From an uncultured Bacilli bacterium (lineage in GTDB: Bacteria > Bacillota_I > Bacilli_A > RF39 > UBA660), in NCBI GenBank assembly GCA_947627915.1, contig CANQXT010000002.1:1-50574 (forward strand): a stretch of 50,574 nucleotides of DNA. The letters run 5' to 3'. A model generated the notes under the pieces. The model did no database searches and was not told the origin of the DNA. It worked only from the letters and a program-made list of their open reading frames with translations. Numbering within the stretch: position 1 is the first letter of the stretch; each line of letters opens with the position of its first letter. A program made the position numbers and the translations under genes. Below, piece after piece: positions 19,448 to 28,720 of the stretch.

Positions 19448-19455
19448 GTTTTCAT

Positions 19456-19481
19456 TAAAAAAATGTTGGGGAAAACCAACA
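19456..19481 (-). terminator. Rho-independent terminator after polA
   Basis: Minus strand reads ATGTTGG-ttttcc-CCAACAT followed by T7. Confidence 0.7.
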
Positions 19482-19496
19482 TTTCACAGTTATAAT

Positions 19497-22049
19497 TTAT
19501 TTAGCATCATACCAATTAATACCTGAATTAATTTCTATTTTAAGTGGTACTTTTAGTTCTACAATATTTTCCATTGCATCTTTTAAAATATCTTTTAGTT
19601 TATCAACTTCATCTTCACAAGCATCAATAATTATTTCATCATGAACTTGTAAAATCATTTTACTCTTTAAATTAACTTCTTTAATTTTATCATATACTTT
19701 AATCATAGCCATTTTCATAATATCAGCACTACTACCTTGAATTGGAGTATTTAAGGCCATTCTTTCCCCCATTGTTCGAGTATGAAAATTAGTATCTTTT
19801 AATTCTTGAATTTTTCTTATTCTTCCAAACATTGTTTTAACTTCACCAGTTTTATAAGCTTCTCTCACAATATCAGTCATATAATTCTTAACTCCTGGAT
19901 ATAGTTCATAATATTTTTCAATAAATTTATTAGCTTCTTCTCGAGAAATATTTAAATTTTCCCCTAAACCAAAACCACTTATCCCATATACTATTCCAAA
20001 TATAACTGCTTTAGCTGTACTACGCATATGTTTAGTAACTTCTTTTTCACTTACTCCATTAATGTCCGCTGCTACTTTAGTATGAATATCTTCATCATTA
20101 ACAAAAGCATCAATTAATTCTTTACAATTAGATATATGCGCTAATATTCTTAATTCAATTTGGGAATAATCAGCACTTATAATAAGATCATTACTAGGAA
20201 TAAATGCTAATCTTATTTTCTTACCCAATTCTTCCTTAACCGGTATATTTTGTAAATTAGGTTCCATTGATGATAAACGACCAGTTCTTGTTAGAGTTTG
20301 ATTAAAGATAGTATGTATTTTACCATCATCTAAGACATAAGTTGGTAATCCTTCAATATAAGTTGATAATAATTTATTTAAATTACGATATTCTAATACT
20401 TTAGATATAATAGGATGTTTATCAATATATTTAGTTAATGTTTTAATATCAGTTTTATATCCCCTATTAATTTTTTTACTCTTACCTATACCCATTTTTT
20501 CAAATAAAACAATACCTAATTGTTTAGGACTAGCTATATTAAACTTTTCACCACTTAAATCATATATTTCATGACTTATTATATCAATATTTTTAATAAT
20601 ATCTTCTTTCATTTTATTAAGAGGACTAGCATCAAATTTAAAACCTGTTTTTTCCATATCTGCTAATACTTTTATTAAAGGCATTTCAATATTATTAAAT
20701 ATATCTTCTTGTTTTAACTCTTTAACTTCTTCCATTATTTTATCAGCATATTCATAAATAAATTTACTTTTTAAACAAATATTATTTCTTAAATTACTAA
20801 AATTATTTTTTTTATCTTCTTCATAAGAAGAAATATTTTCATCAAACATATGCATAAGTTCTGTAATATCATCACTTGCTTTATCTTGAACTAAATAAGC
20901 AGCGACCATCATATCAAAATGACAATTTAAATCAGTATCTAATTTAATTAATACTTTTTTTAAATCATATGTTAATATTTCTTTATCTTTAATTAGAGGT
21001 ATAACATCTTTAATTAATTCATTCTTAATATAATAAGTATTATTTTGATCAGTAATACTTAAACCAAGAATATTTCCTTTATGATAATTTATATCATCTA
21101 CTTCTAAATAAAGAGCTATTTTATCTTCTAACTTTAAATCTTTTATATTATTTATATCTATTATATTAAATTCTTTGATTTCTTTTTTAACTGGTAAATT
21201 TTTTAACATAGAAAAGAATTCTAATTCTTCATACATTTCTTTTAAATGTTCATAATTATACCCATTATATTTAAATTCTTCAAAATTAACATTTAAAGGT
21301 ACATCTCTATATATAGTAGCAAGTTCATAACTCATATAAGCATTCTCTTTATCTAAATCTAATTTTTCTTTTGTTTTACCTTTAATTTTATCTATATTAT
21401 TATATATACCATCTAAAGATCTATATTCTTGTAATAATTTTAAAGCTGTTTTTTCTCCAATTCCTTTAACCCCTGGAATATTATCTGATGAATCCCCCAT
21501 TAATGCTTTTAAATCAATTATTTTAATTGGTTCTATACCATATTCTTTTTGAAAACTTTCATTATTATATCTAATAAATCCAGTTTGTTTTAATAATTTT
21601 ATTTCTGTTTCAAAACTAATAAGTTGTAATAAGTCTTTATCACTTGAGACAATTAGTGAATAATATTCTGGATCACTTTCCGCAAGTTTAGCAACTGTCC
21701 CAATTATATCATCTGCTTCATAAGGACACATTTCTAAATATTTTATCCCCATCGCATCTAATAACTTTCTTGCTAGTGGCATTTGAATTTTTAAATCTTC
21801 TGGTGTTTCACTCCTTCCCTCTTTATAAAAATCATATTTTTCTTTTCGAAAATTCTTACCTATATCAAAGGCAACCATCATATATTCTGGATTTTCCTCA
21901 TTAACTATTTTATTAATCATTCCTGCAAAGCCATACAAGGCATTTGTTGGAAAACCTTTACTATTACGCATTATCGTACCTGTATAGGCCGTTGCATAAT
22001 AAGAACGAAATAATAAATTATTCCCGTCAACTAAAACTACTTTCTTCAA
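19497..22049 (-). CDS. polA: DNA polymerase I
   Basis: 5'-nuclease domain (VLVDGNNLLFRSYYA), 3'-5' exo-like domain, and Pol A motifs (DYSQIELRILAH, QVHDEIIID). The TTG at 22047-22049 with a GGTGA RBS is preferred. The ORF track start 22064 is also a TTG but has no RBS. Confidence 0.95.
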   Translation of the reverse strand: MKKVVLVDGNNLLFRSYYATAYTGTIMRNSKGFPTNALYGFAGMINKIVNEENPEYMMVAFDIGKNFRKEKYDFYKEGRSETPEDLKIQMPLARKLLDAMGIKYLEMCPYEADDIIGTVAKLAESDPEYYSLIVSSDKDLLQLISFETEIKLLKQTGFIRYNNESFQKEYGIEPIKIIDLKALMGDSSDNIPGVKGIGEKTALKLLQEYRSLDGIYNNIDKIKGKTKEKLDLDKENAYMSYELATIYRDVPLNVNFEEFKYNGYNYEHLKEMYEELEFFSMLKNLPVKKEIKEFNIIDINNIKDLKLEDKIALYLEVDDINYHKGNILGLSITDQNNTYYIKNELIKDVIPLIKDKEILTYDLKKVLIKLDTDLNCHFDMMVAAYLVQDKASDDITELMHMFDENISSYEEDKKNNFSNLRNNICLKSKFIYEYADKIMEEVKELKQEDIFNNIEMPLIKVLADMEKTGFKFDASPLNKMKEDIIKNIDIISHEIYDLSGEKFNIASPKQLGIVLFEKMGIGKSKKINRGYKTDIKTLTKYIDKHPIISKVLEYRNLNKLLSTYIEGLPTYVLDDGKIHTIFNQTLTRTGRLSSMEPNLQNIPVKEELGKKIRLAFIPSNDLIISADYSQIELRILAHISNCKELIDAFVNDEDIHTKVAADINGVSEKEVTKHMRSTAKAVIFGIVYGISGFGLGENLNISREEANKFIEKYYELYPGVKNYMTDIVREAYKTGEVKTMFGRIRKIQELKDTNFHTRTMGERMALNTPIQGSSADIMKMAMIKVYDKIKEVNLKSKMILQVHDEIIIDACEDEVDKLKDILKDAMENIVELKVPLKIEINSGINWYDAK

Positions 22050-22145
22050 TTTAACTTCACCCAATTATATTATATCTAAAAATATACACATTGTAAAAGT
22101 ATTTAAATATTAAATTAACATATAATTTATAAGGATGTGTTATTT

Positions 22146-22835
22146 ATGTTTTTACATTTTTTTAATTTGATTAAAGATATGATTTTCTTTACTGGTTCTT
22201 ATGGTAATAATGTTTTTCCTCCACCCCTTACCCCTGAAGAAGAAAATATGTATGTTGATAAAATGTTACAAGGCGATAATGAGGCCCGTAGTAAACTTAT
22301 TGAACATAATTTAAGATTAGTTGCCCATATTGTTAAAAAATTTGATAGTAAAAATACCGATACAGATGATTTAATATCGATTGGAACAATTGGTTTAATT
22401 AAAGGAATAGATACTTATAAAAAAACTCCTACTGTTAAAATAACTACTTATGCTGCTAGATGTATTCAAAATGAAATCTTAATGTATTATAGAAGTAATA
22501 AAAAGAATCAATTAACTATCTCTTTAAATGATTCCATTGGTTATGATAAAGAAGGAAATGAAATTAATTTAGTTGATATGTTAGAAGACAAAAAAGAAGA
22601 TATTATTGATACTTTACAAATTAAAGATAATATTGCTTTATTAAACAAATATATGCAAAAATTAAATAAAAGAGAAAAAGAAATAATTATTAAAAGATAT
22701 GGTTTAAATAATGAAAAAGAATTAACCCAAAAAGAGATTGCTGACTACTTAGGAATTTCTAGAAGTTATGTCTCTAGAATTGAAAAAAGAGCTTTAACTA
22801 AAATATTAAGAGAATTTAAATTACATAATAATTAA
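22146..22835 (+). CDS. sigK: Pro-sigma-K (late mother-cell sporulation sigma factor), uninterrupted
   Basis: FPPPLTPEEE..IEHNLRLVAHIVKKF..DLISIGTIGLIKGIDTY..ISRSYVSRIEKRAL closely parallels B. subtilis SigK, including a ~20-aa hydrophobic pro-sequence. The ATG at 22146 has an AAGGA RBS. The ORF track start is a GTG at 22137. Confidence 0.9.
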   Translation: MFLHFFNLIKDMIFFTGSYGNNVFPPPLTPEEENMYVDKMLQGDNEARSKLIEHNLRLVAHIVKKFDSKNTDTDDLISIGTIGLIKGIDTYKKTPTVKITTYAARCIQNEILMYYRSNKKNQLTISLNDSIGYDKEGNEINLVDMLEDKKEDIIDTLQIKDNIALLNKYMQKLNKREKEIIIKRYGLNNEKELTQKEIADYLGISRSYVSRIEKRALTKILREFKLHNN

Positions 22836-22847
22836 TATATAAAAAAA

Positions 22848-22873
22848 CTAACTTTTTGTAAGTTAGCTTTTTT
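22848..22873. terminator. Bidirectional terminator between sigK and the permease gene
   Basis: CTAACTT-tttgt-AAGTTAG is flanked by an A7 run on one side and a T6 run on the other. Confidence 0.7.
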
Positions 22874-22880
22874 ATATTTC

Positions 22881-24389
22881 TTAGATATAAGTCATTATTG
22901 TATATAATACAAGTAATATAACTAGCATTCCAAGAGCAAATATCCAAATATATTTAATCCAAGTCTTATATTCAATTTTTAAATAAGATAGACCAATCAT
23001 TAATACAGCACTTGTTGGTAAACATAATTGAACGAAACCATACATTGTAGCAAATATTGTATGAACAGCATTAATGTTATCAGCAAAATTTGAAGCAAAA
23101 TATGGGGCAACGGCAAAGGCAGTTAATGATAAATCTGTATATAAAGTATTTGATATTAAAGCCGCTAAAGATGTTACGAATGGATTAAATGTTTTAGTTA
23201 TACCACCAATTAAATTAATTATTGCTGGGACATATAAACTTACATATCCAGCAGTCATTACCATATAAATACCCATAAATAATACAATAGGTAATAACAT
23301 TTTTTTAATACCTGAAGCACATCCTTCAAGATATTCATCCACCTTTATACGACCTATTAGACCTACTACTACGCTAGCAACCATTAAGATAGCTGACATA
23401 ACGAATAAATCCCAAGTACCAAAAGCACCTCTCATACCATTAACTGTTGGTGTAGCTACTGTACCAATAATACTTTGGAAAATAGCAAAATCTTTAATTT
23501 TAATACCTACTAACCAAGTTTGAAAATCATCAAATATTGTTAAACCAAAAATATTTTTCCAAGATACAAAGCCTAAAACAACAATTACAAATAAGAAAGC
23601 CATACCAATTGCTGCTAAAACAACATGAGCTTTTTTATCTACTTTTTCAACTTTAAATGGATCAGCTTCTATTTCATTAACATTCTTTTTATTTAATACT
23701 TTTTTAATATGTAATATTGTAAAGAAATTAAATAAAATGAATGCTATACCAAGTACTAATAAACGATATAAAATGTTATCAGTAACTGAAACTGTTAAAT
23801 ATTCATTTAACCAATTTAATCCTTCTCCACCATAAGTTAATCCTAATAAACCAACTAGTATTGAACCAAATGATATTACAAATGCACTTAACTTATCTAA
23901 CTTCATAGATAAAGCAATTGAAATAATAAATGGAACAAATACTAATACAGCAAATGTTTCATTAAATAATGTAGTCATTGCCGTTATTAGAAATGAACTT
24001 ATAAGAGCAAATAATATTTCCTTTCCTTTAAATTTTTCAGCAATTGTTGAAACAAGTTTATTATATCCTTTTGTTTTAGATACTATTCCATAGAATAAAC
24101 CTAATGAAATTAAGAATATTATTTTATCTCCACATAATTGAACTAAGTAATAAATAATATATGGAATATCACTTATACCTTGTGGATTTAATCCCATTCC
24201 AACAAATTCAGCAGAATAAATAAATCCTTGACTTTGTTCAAAAATCCAAGTCATAGCAATTGATAAAAAAGCAAACAATCCAACCCATTTTATTAAGTCA
24301 TGTGATTTAGATTTTTTAACAATTAAGAATCCACTTATAACTGCTAATAATAAAACAACTATAAGACCAATAATTTGCACTACTGTCAT
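22881..24389 (-). CDS. Polytopic membrane permease (family uncertain; YfcC/DcuC-like size and topology)
   Basis: 502 aa with at least 10 hydrophobic segments throughout. No motif lets me assign a family with confidence. Confidence 0.65.
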   Translation of the reverse strand: MTVVQIIGLIVVLLLAVISGFLIVKKSKSHDLIKWVGLFAFLSIAMTWIFEQSQGFIYSAEFVGMGLNPQGISDIPYIIYYLVQLCGDKIIFLISLGLFYGIVSKTKGYNKLVSTIAEKFKGKEILFALISSFLITAMTTLFNETFAVLVFVPFIISIALSMKLDKLSAFVISFGSILVGLLGLTYGGEGLNWLNEYLTVSVTDNILYRLLVLGIAFILFNFFTILHIKKVLNKKNVNEIEADPFKVEKVDKKAHVVLAAIGMAFLFVIVVLGFVSWKNIFGLTIFDDFQTWLVGIKIKDFAIFQSIIGTVATPTVNGMRGAFGTWDLFVMSAILMVASVVVGLIGRIKVDEYLEGCASGIKKMLLPIVLFMGIYMVMTAGYVSLYVPAIINLIGGITKTFNPFVTSLAALISNTLYTDLSLTAFAVAPYFASNFADNINAVHTIFATMYGFVQLCLPTSAVLMIGLSYLKIEYKTWIKYIWIFALGMLVILLVLYTIMTYI

Positions 24390-24452
24390 ATTTTACATAC
24401 CTCCTACTAAAATTATATCACTCACTTATGTAAAATAAAAGTACTTTTTTTA

Positions 24453-24477
24453 TAAAAAAAGTCTTCCAAAGAAGACC
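24453..24477 (-). terminator. Terminator after 24491..25054
   Basis: Minus strand reads GTCTTC-tttg-GAAGAC followed by T7. Confidence 0.6.
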
Positions 24478-24490
24478 AATTTCTAAATCA

Positions 24491-25054
24491 TTAAATCTTA
24501 TACATTTTAGATTTATTTCTAGTTGTTACATAAGCTGCAGTAGCAACTAAAACAATTGCACCTAAAGCTATATAAGGTAATGTTGAACCAGTTTGTGGGT
24601 TTTTCTCTGGTGTTGTTGGTGTAGTTGGTGTTGCAGGAGCACTACCAATTGAATATGTTACGGCACAATCTTTAGTTCCTGATTCAGTGTATGTATAATC
24701 AAATATTTTACCATCCCATTTAGTTTTAGCTTTATTGTCAGCTGTTTTTACAGTTACGTTCCATACTTCTACACCATTAACAGTAGCTTTATCAATGTTT
24801 TTAATTTCCCAATCTAATGAAGCATCATCTCTAATAGTAGCACTATTAATAACTGCTCCACCAGCTGGTGTTAAAGTAATAGTTTTTTCAGTAACATTAT
24901 CATTATCTATAGTTATTTTGAATGAACATGTATGAAGTTTATCATTAACTGTACAATCAGCATTATCACCTAATTTAATTGAGGCATTAACACTAAGTGG
25001 CATAATAAATAAAGCTACCAATACCATAACCATTAAACCTAAATTCTTTTTCAT
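24491..25054 (-). CDS. Small cell-wall-anchored surface protein with NPQTG sorting signal
   Basis: 187 aa with a signal peptide, a PATPTTPTTPE linker, then NPQTG + hydrophobic helix + TRNKSKMYKI. Confidence 0.8.
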   Translation of the reverse strand: MKKNLGLMVMVLVALFIMPLSVNASIKLGDNADCTVNDKLHTCSFKITIDNDNVTEKTITLTPAGGAVINSATIRDDASLDWEIKNIDKATVNGVEVWNVTVKTADNKAKTKWDGKIFDYTYTESGTKDCAVTYSIGSAPATPTTPTTPEKNPQTGSTLPYIALGAIVLVATAAYVTTRNKSKMYKI

Positions 25055-25189
25055 CTAAATCCTCTCCTACTCTCTATTATGTCAACATTATATCATAAAA
25101 ATACAAAAATCTACATAAATTTATAATTTTTTTTATTTTTTTTACTAATTTATGTCAAATTGTGTTATTATATATACTAGGAGAGTATT

Positions 25190-26845
25190 ATGAATAAGTT
25201 ATTATTTCAAATAAATGAAAATAAATTATTAGTGCAATGTAAGAAAAGACTAAAAACTGATCAAAAAAGTATTATTAATACTAATGTTATTAGTCAAAAT
25301 GAATTACTATTCAGTGAAGAATATGTTGCTAGTAATATTAAAATAATGCATAGTTTTCTTAAAGAAATAATAAATGATTATAATATAAATACTTTAGTTA
25401 TAAAAGAATCTTCCATTGCTCCATTAATACTTGATGTTATAAAGAATATAAATAAAATAGTTAATCTTCATCTTTTAGAAGAAACATTACTTAATTATAA
25501 AATATGTGAAAAAATAATTAACGCTAATAATATTAAATATGTATCTGTATATAATATTCCTACCTTCTTATTAGAAATGTTAGATAAAGAAAATATAGTC
25601 GTATCATCAAGAAATGAAATATTATTTTCAAGTAATTTTATGGAAACAAATAATTTAAATAATTATTCTGATATCTATTATAAAACTAAAATAGTATTAA
25701 CATTCCCTTTTTCCAAAAATGATGAAGATGATTTTGAAGCTTTTATTAAAAATAATCGTTATTTAAAACATATTTATATTAATTCTTTAAATAAAAATGA
25801 TATTGAAAATATTTTAGAATTAATGTATAGTCAAAAATTAAAAAATATTAAAATTCATATCGAACAGAATATTAATGATATTTCTTTAATTGAATATTTA
25901 AAGAAAATAAATAAAAAGAATCAAAAAACTAATAAGATTATTTTTAAGATAGATTATACAAAAGAATATTTGGAAAATAATTTAATGAGTCAAGTTCAAT
26001 TAAACACTATTAAATTATGTATAATTATTTCTTTATTCTTTGTTGGTTCGTTAGTTGTTTATGTTTTCTATTCTAATTATAGATCAATGCAGACAGTTGA
26101 TGATATTCAAAATGATATAAAAGATGTTATTGCCGAATATGTTGAAGAAAATAATGATAACCAAGATAATATAATCGAGGAACCAAATACTCCTAGTGAA
26201 GAAATTCCAAATGTAGATGAGAATAAGACACCAGATGTTGAAGAAAACAAAGAACCTAGTGTTCCTCAAGAAAAAGAAGAAATTACAAGAGATATGAAAG
26301 CATTATTAACAATTAATGAAGATACTGTTGGTTGGTTAAAAGTAAATAATACTAATATTGATTATCCTGTAGTTCAAAGTAATGATAATGATTATTATTT
26401 AACACATAACTTTAGAAAAGAAGATGAAAAAAGTGGTTGGGTTTTTGCTGATTATCGAGCTAATATGGAAACATTAAGTACAAACACTATTATCTTTGGT
26501 CATAATATGTATTATAGTGGTGTTATGTTTGGAACTCTTTATAAAGCTAAATCAGCAAGTTGGTATACTAAAAAAGAAAATCAAATAATTGAATTTAGTT
26601 CTTTATATAAAAAGATGAATTGGCAAATATTTTCAATATATGTTGTAGATAAAACTAGTGACTATTTAATTGCTGAGTTTAGTACTACAGAAAAATATCA
26701 AAACTTCTTAGATTTAATTACTAAAAGAAGTAAATATAATTTTAATGTTCCCGTTTCAACAGAAGATAAAATATTAACTTTATCTACTTGTACAAATAAT
26801 GGTAAAAGTCGTTTAGTAATTCATGCTGTATTAATTAACGAATAA
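25190..26845 (+). CDS. srtB: Class B sortase fused to a ~270-aa N-terminal cytoplasmic domain
   Basis: 551 aa. Residues ~365-551 are SrtB-like (INEDTVGWLKV..IDYPVVQSNDNDYYLTHNF, IIFGHNM, catalytic TLSTC, SRLVIHAVL). A TM helix lies near aa 273-296, followed by an acidic E/P/N linker. The N-terminal domain is I/L/N-rich and looks repeat-like. Confidence 0.85.
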   Translation: MNKLLFQINENKLLVQCKKRLKTDQKSIINTNVISQNELLFSEEYVASNIKIMHSFLKEIINDYNINTLVIKESSIAPLILDVIKNINKIVNLHLLEETLLNYKICEKIINANNIKYVSVYNIPTFLLEMLDKENIVVSSRNEILFSSNFMETNNLNNYSDIYYKTKIVLTFPFSKNDEDDFEAFIKNNRYLKHIYINSLNKNDIENILELMYSQKLKNIKIHIEQNINDISLIEYLKKINKKNQKTNKIIFKIDYTKEYLENNLMSQVQLNTIKLCIIISLFFVGSLVVYVFYSNYRSMQTVDDIQNDIKDVIAEYVEENNDNQDNIIEEPNTPSEEIPNVDENKTPDVEENKEPSVPQEKEEITRDMKALLTINEDTVGWLKVNNTNIDYPVVQSNDNDYYLTHNFRKEDEKSGWVFADYRANMETLSTNTIIFGHNMYYSGVMFGTLYKAKSASWYTKKENQIIEFSSLYKKMNWQIFSIYVVDKTSDYLIAEFSTTEKYQNFLDLITKRSKYNFNVPVSTEDKILTLSTCTNNGKSRLVIHAVLINE

Positions 26846-26870
26846 AAAAAAGAAGACAATCTTCTTTTTT
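26846..26870. terminator. Bidirectional terminator between convergent genes
   Basis: AAGAAGA-caa-TCTTCTT is flanked by A and T runs. Confidence 0.65.
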
Positions 26871-27504
26871 ATTTGCAAGTAAATTCTACTATTGAAAAGG
26901 TAAACTTAACATTTGTTCCCTTTAAATCAGTTTGATTTTTATCAGTTTTATTAACAATTTTAAATTGAGCATTTATTTTTTGAGGATTATTAGCATTTAA
27001 ATTTGTAATTTGACCAGTAACATCAAAACCTTTTGTAAAATCAGGTGTTGAATCAGCAAAATCATATTCATTATTATCAACAGTTAAAACTATTTGACCT
27101 TTTGACTTATCCTGTAATTTTTGAAAAGCATCATACATAGTACCATCCATTGCAACATGCAATTTATAATCACAATTAAAAGTATAACTACCAATTGCCG
27201 TTGCCGTTGCTACGACAGGCTTTTCTTCTTGTTCTTCTACAGGTTTACCATTAGTAGTTGCATAAAAAGTTTTATCAGCATCTTGTTGCATCATTCCAGC
27301 TCTTTCCATATTCAAAGATAAAACTTCTCCACTAGTAATAACTACACTTCCATCTGGAGGTCCTTCTACAATAGCTTTAACAGTTTCTGTAGCTCTTGTA
27401 AATGGAACATTAAAGTAAGCATATGTTGCTCCTGTAACTAATACAATTAATAATCCAATTATAAGAATAGTATAAAATAACATTTTTTTATTCGATTTAT
27501 CCAT
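26869..27504 (-). CDS. Secreted protein with SipW-dependent (TasA/camelysin-type) signal peptide
   Basis: 211 aa. The N-terminus K..LLIVLVTGATYAYFN matches the ..GGT(F/Y)A(Y/F)F(S/T/N) signature of SipW-cognate signal peptides. Confidence 0.65.
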   Translation of the reverse strand: MDKSNKKMLFYTILIIGLLIVLVTGATYAYFNVPFTRATETVKAIVEGPPDGSVVITSGEVLSLNMERAGMMQQDADKTFYATTNGKPVEEQEEKPVVATATAIGSYTFNCDYKLHVAMDGTMYDAFQKLQDKSKGQIVLTVDNNEYDFADSTPDFTKGFDVTGQITNLNANNPQKINAQFKIVNKTDKNQTDLKGTNVKFTFSIVEFTCK

Positions 27505-27533
27505 AATAACTACTCCCTTTACTTTATAACATT

Positions 27534-27563
27534 ATTATATACTAATAACAATTATAAAGTCAA
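27534..27563 (-). promoter_or_regulatory. Sigma-A promoter TTGACT-18-TATAAT plus conserved leader GTTATAAAGTAAAG
   Basis: Read on the minus strand upstream of 26869..27504. The architecture is the same as 17305..17334. Confidence 0.5.
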
Positions 27564-27589
27564 ATTCATCATTATAAATTGACATTTTT

Positions 27590-28666
27590 TTATACGTATT
27601 TTTCCATTTGTTCTAAATTTAATTGTAAACGTAAATTATTTGGATCTAAATTTAAAGCTATTTTTACATTAGTAACGGCTTCAGAATATTTTTTTAAATT
27701 AAAAGCACATATACTATATAGATCATAAATAAAACTATTCCAAGCAAATTGTTCATTAATATAACTATTACTTTTTTCTTTTATCATAAATGCTTGTTGT
27801 AATAAATTATAAGCTTCTTCAAAATTATTTTCTAAATAATATAGATATGCTAATTCAACATAACTTTCTCTTAAATATGGTGCTTCTCCAATAGCTTTTC
27901 GATACCATTCTTTAGCTTTTTCAATATCATTTTTACCACTATAAGATCTTGCTATAAAACGCATTGAAGCACATCTTTCATCTTTCCAAGTTGCTTTTTT
28001 TAAATTTAAGTGTTTTTTTAAAGTACTAATTGCATCATCCCACTTTTGATAATACATATATTCTCGACCTAAATAATGCATATTCCGATCATCTTCAGGA
28101 TCTTCTTTAACACTTAATTCTAAAAGAGGTAAATAATTACTTCTTGATTTAGTTTGATCTGGATAATGATTTACAACAATATTCGGATATAAAATTTCTT
28201 TCTCTTCTCCATCTGGAACTAATATTTCATGAACTGGATGTTCCCATTTATATAAACCATTTTTATGTATTTTATTAGTCATAAATGTTGTTTCTGGTTT
28301 ATTATATTCATTTAAAGACCAATTATATGTATAACGAACTCTTGTAATATCATCATTCCATATAGATAATAATTTTTCTTTCCATCCTTCCTCTACTACT
28401 TCATCTAAATCCATGCAAAAGCAAATATCATAATCTTCGGGAATTAATTTTAAAGATTCATTTCGAGCTATATCAAAACGCCATGGTGTAATTACTTTTG
28501 AAGTAACTTCTACCCCTTTAGATTTCAATATGTCTACTGTCTTATCAGTTGAACCAGTATCTAATACAATTATTTTATCAGCATCTTTTACTGAATCAGC
28601 CCATCTAGCAGCAAATTTTTCTTCATTTTTAGATATAGCATAAACACATACTTTATAATTTTTCAA
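27590..28666 (-). CDS. Family-2 glycosyltransferase fused to TPR repeats
   Basis: 358 aa. GT-A N-terminal domain (VCVYAISKNEE..IIVLDTGSTDKT..DLDE), then TPR-like repeats (AISTLKKHL.., AKEWYRKAI.., AYNLLQQAF..). TTG start with an AGGTGAT RBS. Confidence 0.8.
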   Translation of the reverse strand: MKNYKVCVYAISKNEEKFAARWADSVKDADKIIVLDTGSTDKTVDILKSKGVEVTSKVITPWRFDIARNESLKLIPEDYDICFCMDLDEVVEEGWKEKLLSIWNDDITRVRYTYNWSLNEYNKPETTFMTNKIHKNGLYKWEHPVHEILVPDGEEKEILYPNIVVNHYPDQTKSRSNYLPLLELSVKEDPEDDRNMHYLGREYMYYQKWDDAISTLKKHLNLKKATWKDERCASMRFIARSYSGKNDIEKAKEWYRKAIGEAPYLRESYVELAYLYYLENNFEEAYNLLQQAFMIKEKSNSYINEQFAWNSFIYDLYSICAFNLKKYSEAVTNVKIALNLDPNNLRLQLNLEQMEKYV

Positions 28667-28720
28667 TATATCACCTAAAATAATTTATGCTAAAATAAAA
28701 AAATTGATTAGTTAAGTATT

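Noticed and set aside
22146-22835. skin-like element or intervening sequence in sigK
   Set aside because: The ORF is continuous from the pro-sequence through region 4.2 and collinear with the processed B. subtilis SigK. There is no interruption.
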